DNA from: Pseudomonadota bacterium
Lineage (GTDB): Bacteria > Pseudomonadota > Gammaproteobacteria > Ga0077536
Reading direction: 5' to 3'
NCBI GenBank assembly: GCA_031371245.1
Contig: JANMJF010000603.1
Coordinates: forward strand, 1-41,995
DNA: 41,995 bases
Shown: one piece after another, positions 41,701 through 41,995 of the stretch
Numbering within the stretch: the stretch's first letter is position 1
Layout: each line of letters starts with the position of its first letter
Position numbers and translations under genes: made by a program
Notes under the pieces: generated by a model
Told to the model about the DNA's origin: nothing
Databases searched by the model: none
The model's input: the letters and a program-made list of their open reading frames with translations, nothing else

Positions 41701-41995
41701 ATGACCACCGCAGCACTTGGGACGTGGCGAAATCCTCCGCTCGCCTATGTGGTGGCAGAACTCATCATCTCGCCGTACTACTCAATGTCTGCGACCATTC
41801 CTCGCCTGCAGGATTCTTTGCGTAGTGCGTACCCTCGTACAATTGAAGGCCAAGAGATTGTAATTGACGGCGCTGGCCCGCCATCGCCACATCCACTATG
41901 GCAGCTAATGAGTGAGGACCAGGGAAGGGCAGTTCAACTCGGGATTCGAGCGCTCTCCCTACACGCGACAATCTATGTGGACTCGCGAGACTTCC
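41701..41995 (+). CDS. TIGR04255-like hypothetical protein (N-terminal part; runs off the right window edge)
   Basis: Absent from the ORF track (no stop in the window). AAGGAGG (41688-41694) lies 6 nt upstream of ATG 41701. The frame is open to the window end. MTTAALGTWRNPPLAYVVAELIISPYYSMSATIPRLQDSLRSAYP resembles the N-P-P-L-x-x-V-x-x-E-h-x-F start of TIGR04255 proteins. GC is lower locally. Confidence 0.5.
   Translation, partial: MTTAALGTWRNPPLAYVVAELIISPYYSMSATIPRLQDSLRSAYPRTIEGQEIVIDGAGPPSPHPLWQLMSEDQGRAVQLGIRALSLHATIYVDSRDF

Overview
High-GC proteobacterial-type chromosomal DNA (G+C judged by eye, not computed) with about 38 protein-coding genes. I found no rRNA, tRNA, CRISPR array, transposase or integrase. 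Left third: a partial lipoprotein gene, a frameshifted APH-type kinase, a translationally coupled two-subunit N,N-dimethylformamidase-like pair, an NfeD/SPFH pair, a class I fructose-bisphosphate aldolase, secreted proteins (one CHRD protein with a VPLPA/PEP-CTERM-type tail), an orphan LuxR HTH remnant and a VanA-type Rieske oxygenase. Middle: an operon of truncated-hemoglobin lipoprotein, amicyanin-like cupredoxin and periplasmic-sensor HAMP-GGDEF-EAL, divergent from a DUF3034-like outer-membrane protein. Next come small detox-type genes (LEH/SnoaL, GFA, GST). A cobalamin-riboswitch-like leader then precedes one ORF that fuses a HupE/UreJ inner-membrane metal permease to a complete TonB-dependent receptor, followed by a multi-PAS diguanylate cyclase. 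After that, a ~4.7-kb visibly lower-GC two-gene cassette (AT3 acyltransferase with two tandem SGNH domains, plus an AAA+/wHTH ATPase) is bracketed by ~100-bp imperfect direct repeats with hairpin potential. Right third: a storage-lipid/polyester cluster of mini PhaE-like protein, class-III-type PhaC and GNAT (all ATGA-coupled), then a DUF3336-patatin lipase, a Baeyer-Villiger monooxygenase, a TIGR00027-type methyltransferase and a WS/DGAT. The window ends in a lower-GC patch with a partial TIGR04255-like gene. Best candidates for undescribed biology: (1) the riboswitch-led HupE-TBDR two-membrane fusion with an internal signal-peptide-like junction; (2) the periplasmic heme/copper/c-di-GMP module; (3) the repeat-bracketed acyltransferase/ATPase cassette; (4) the PhaEC-like/GNAT core inside a neutral-lipid cluster. 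All family assignments come from motif recognition by eye. No database search was run.
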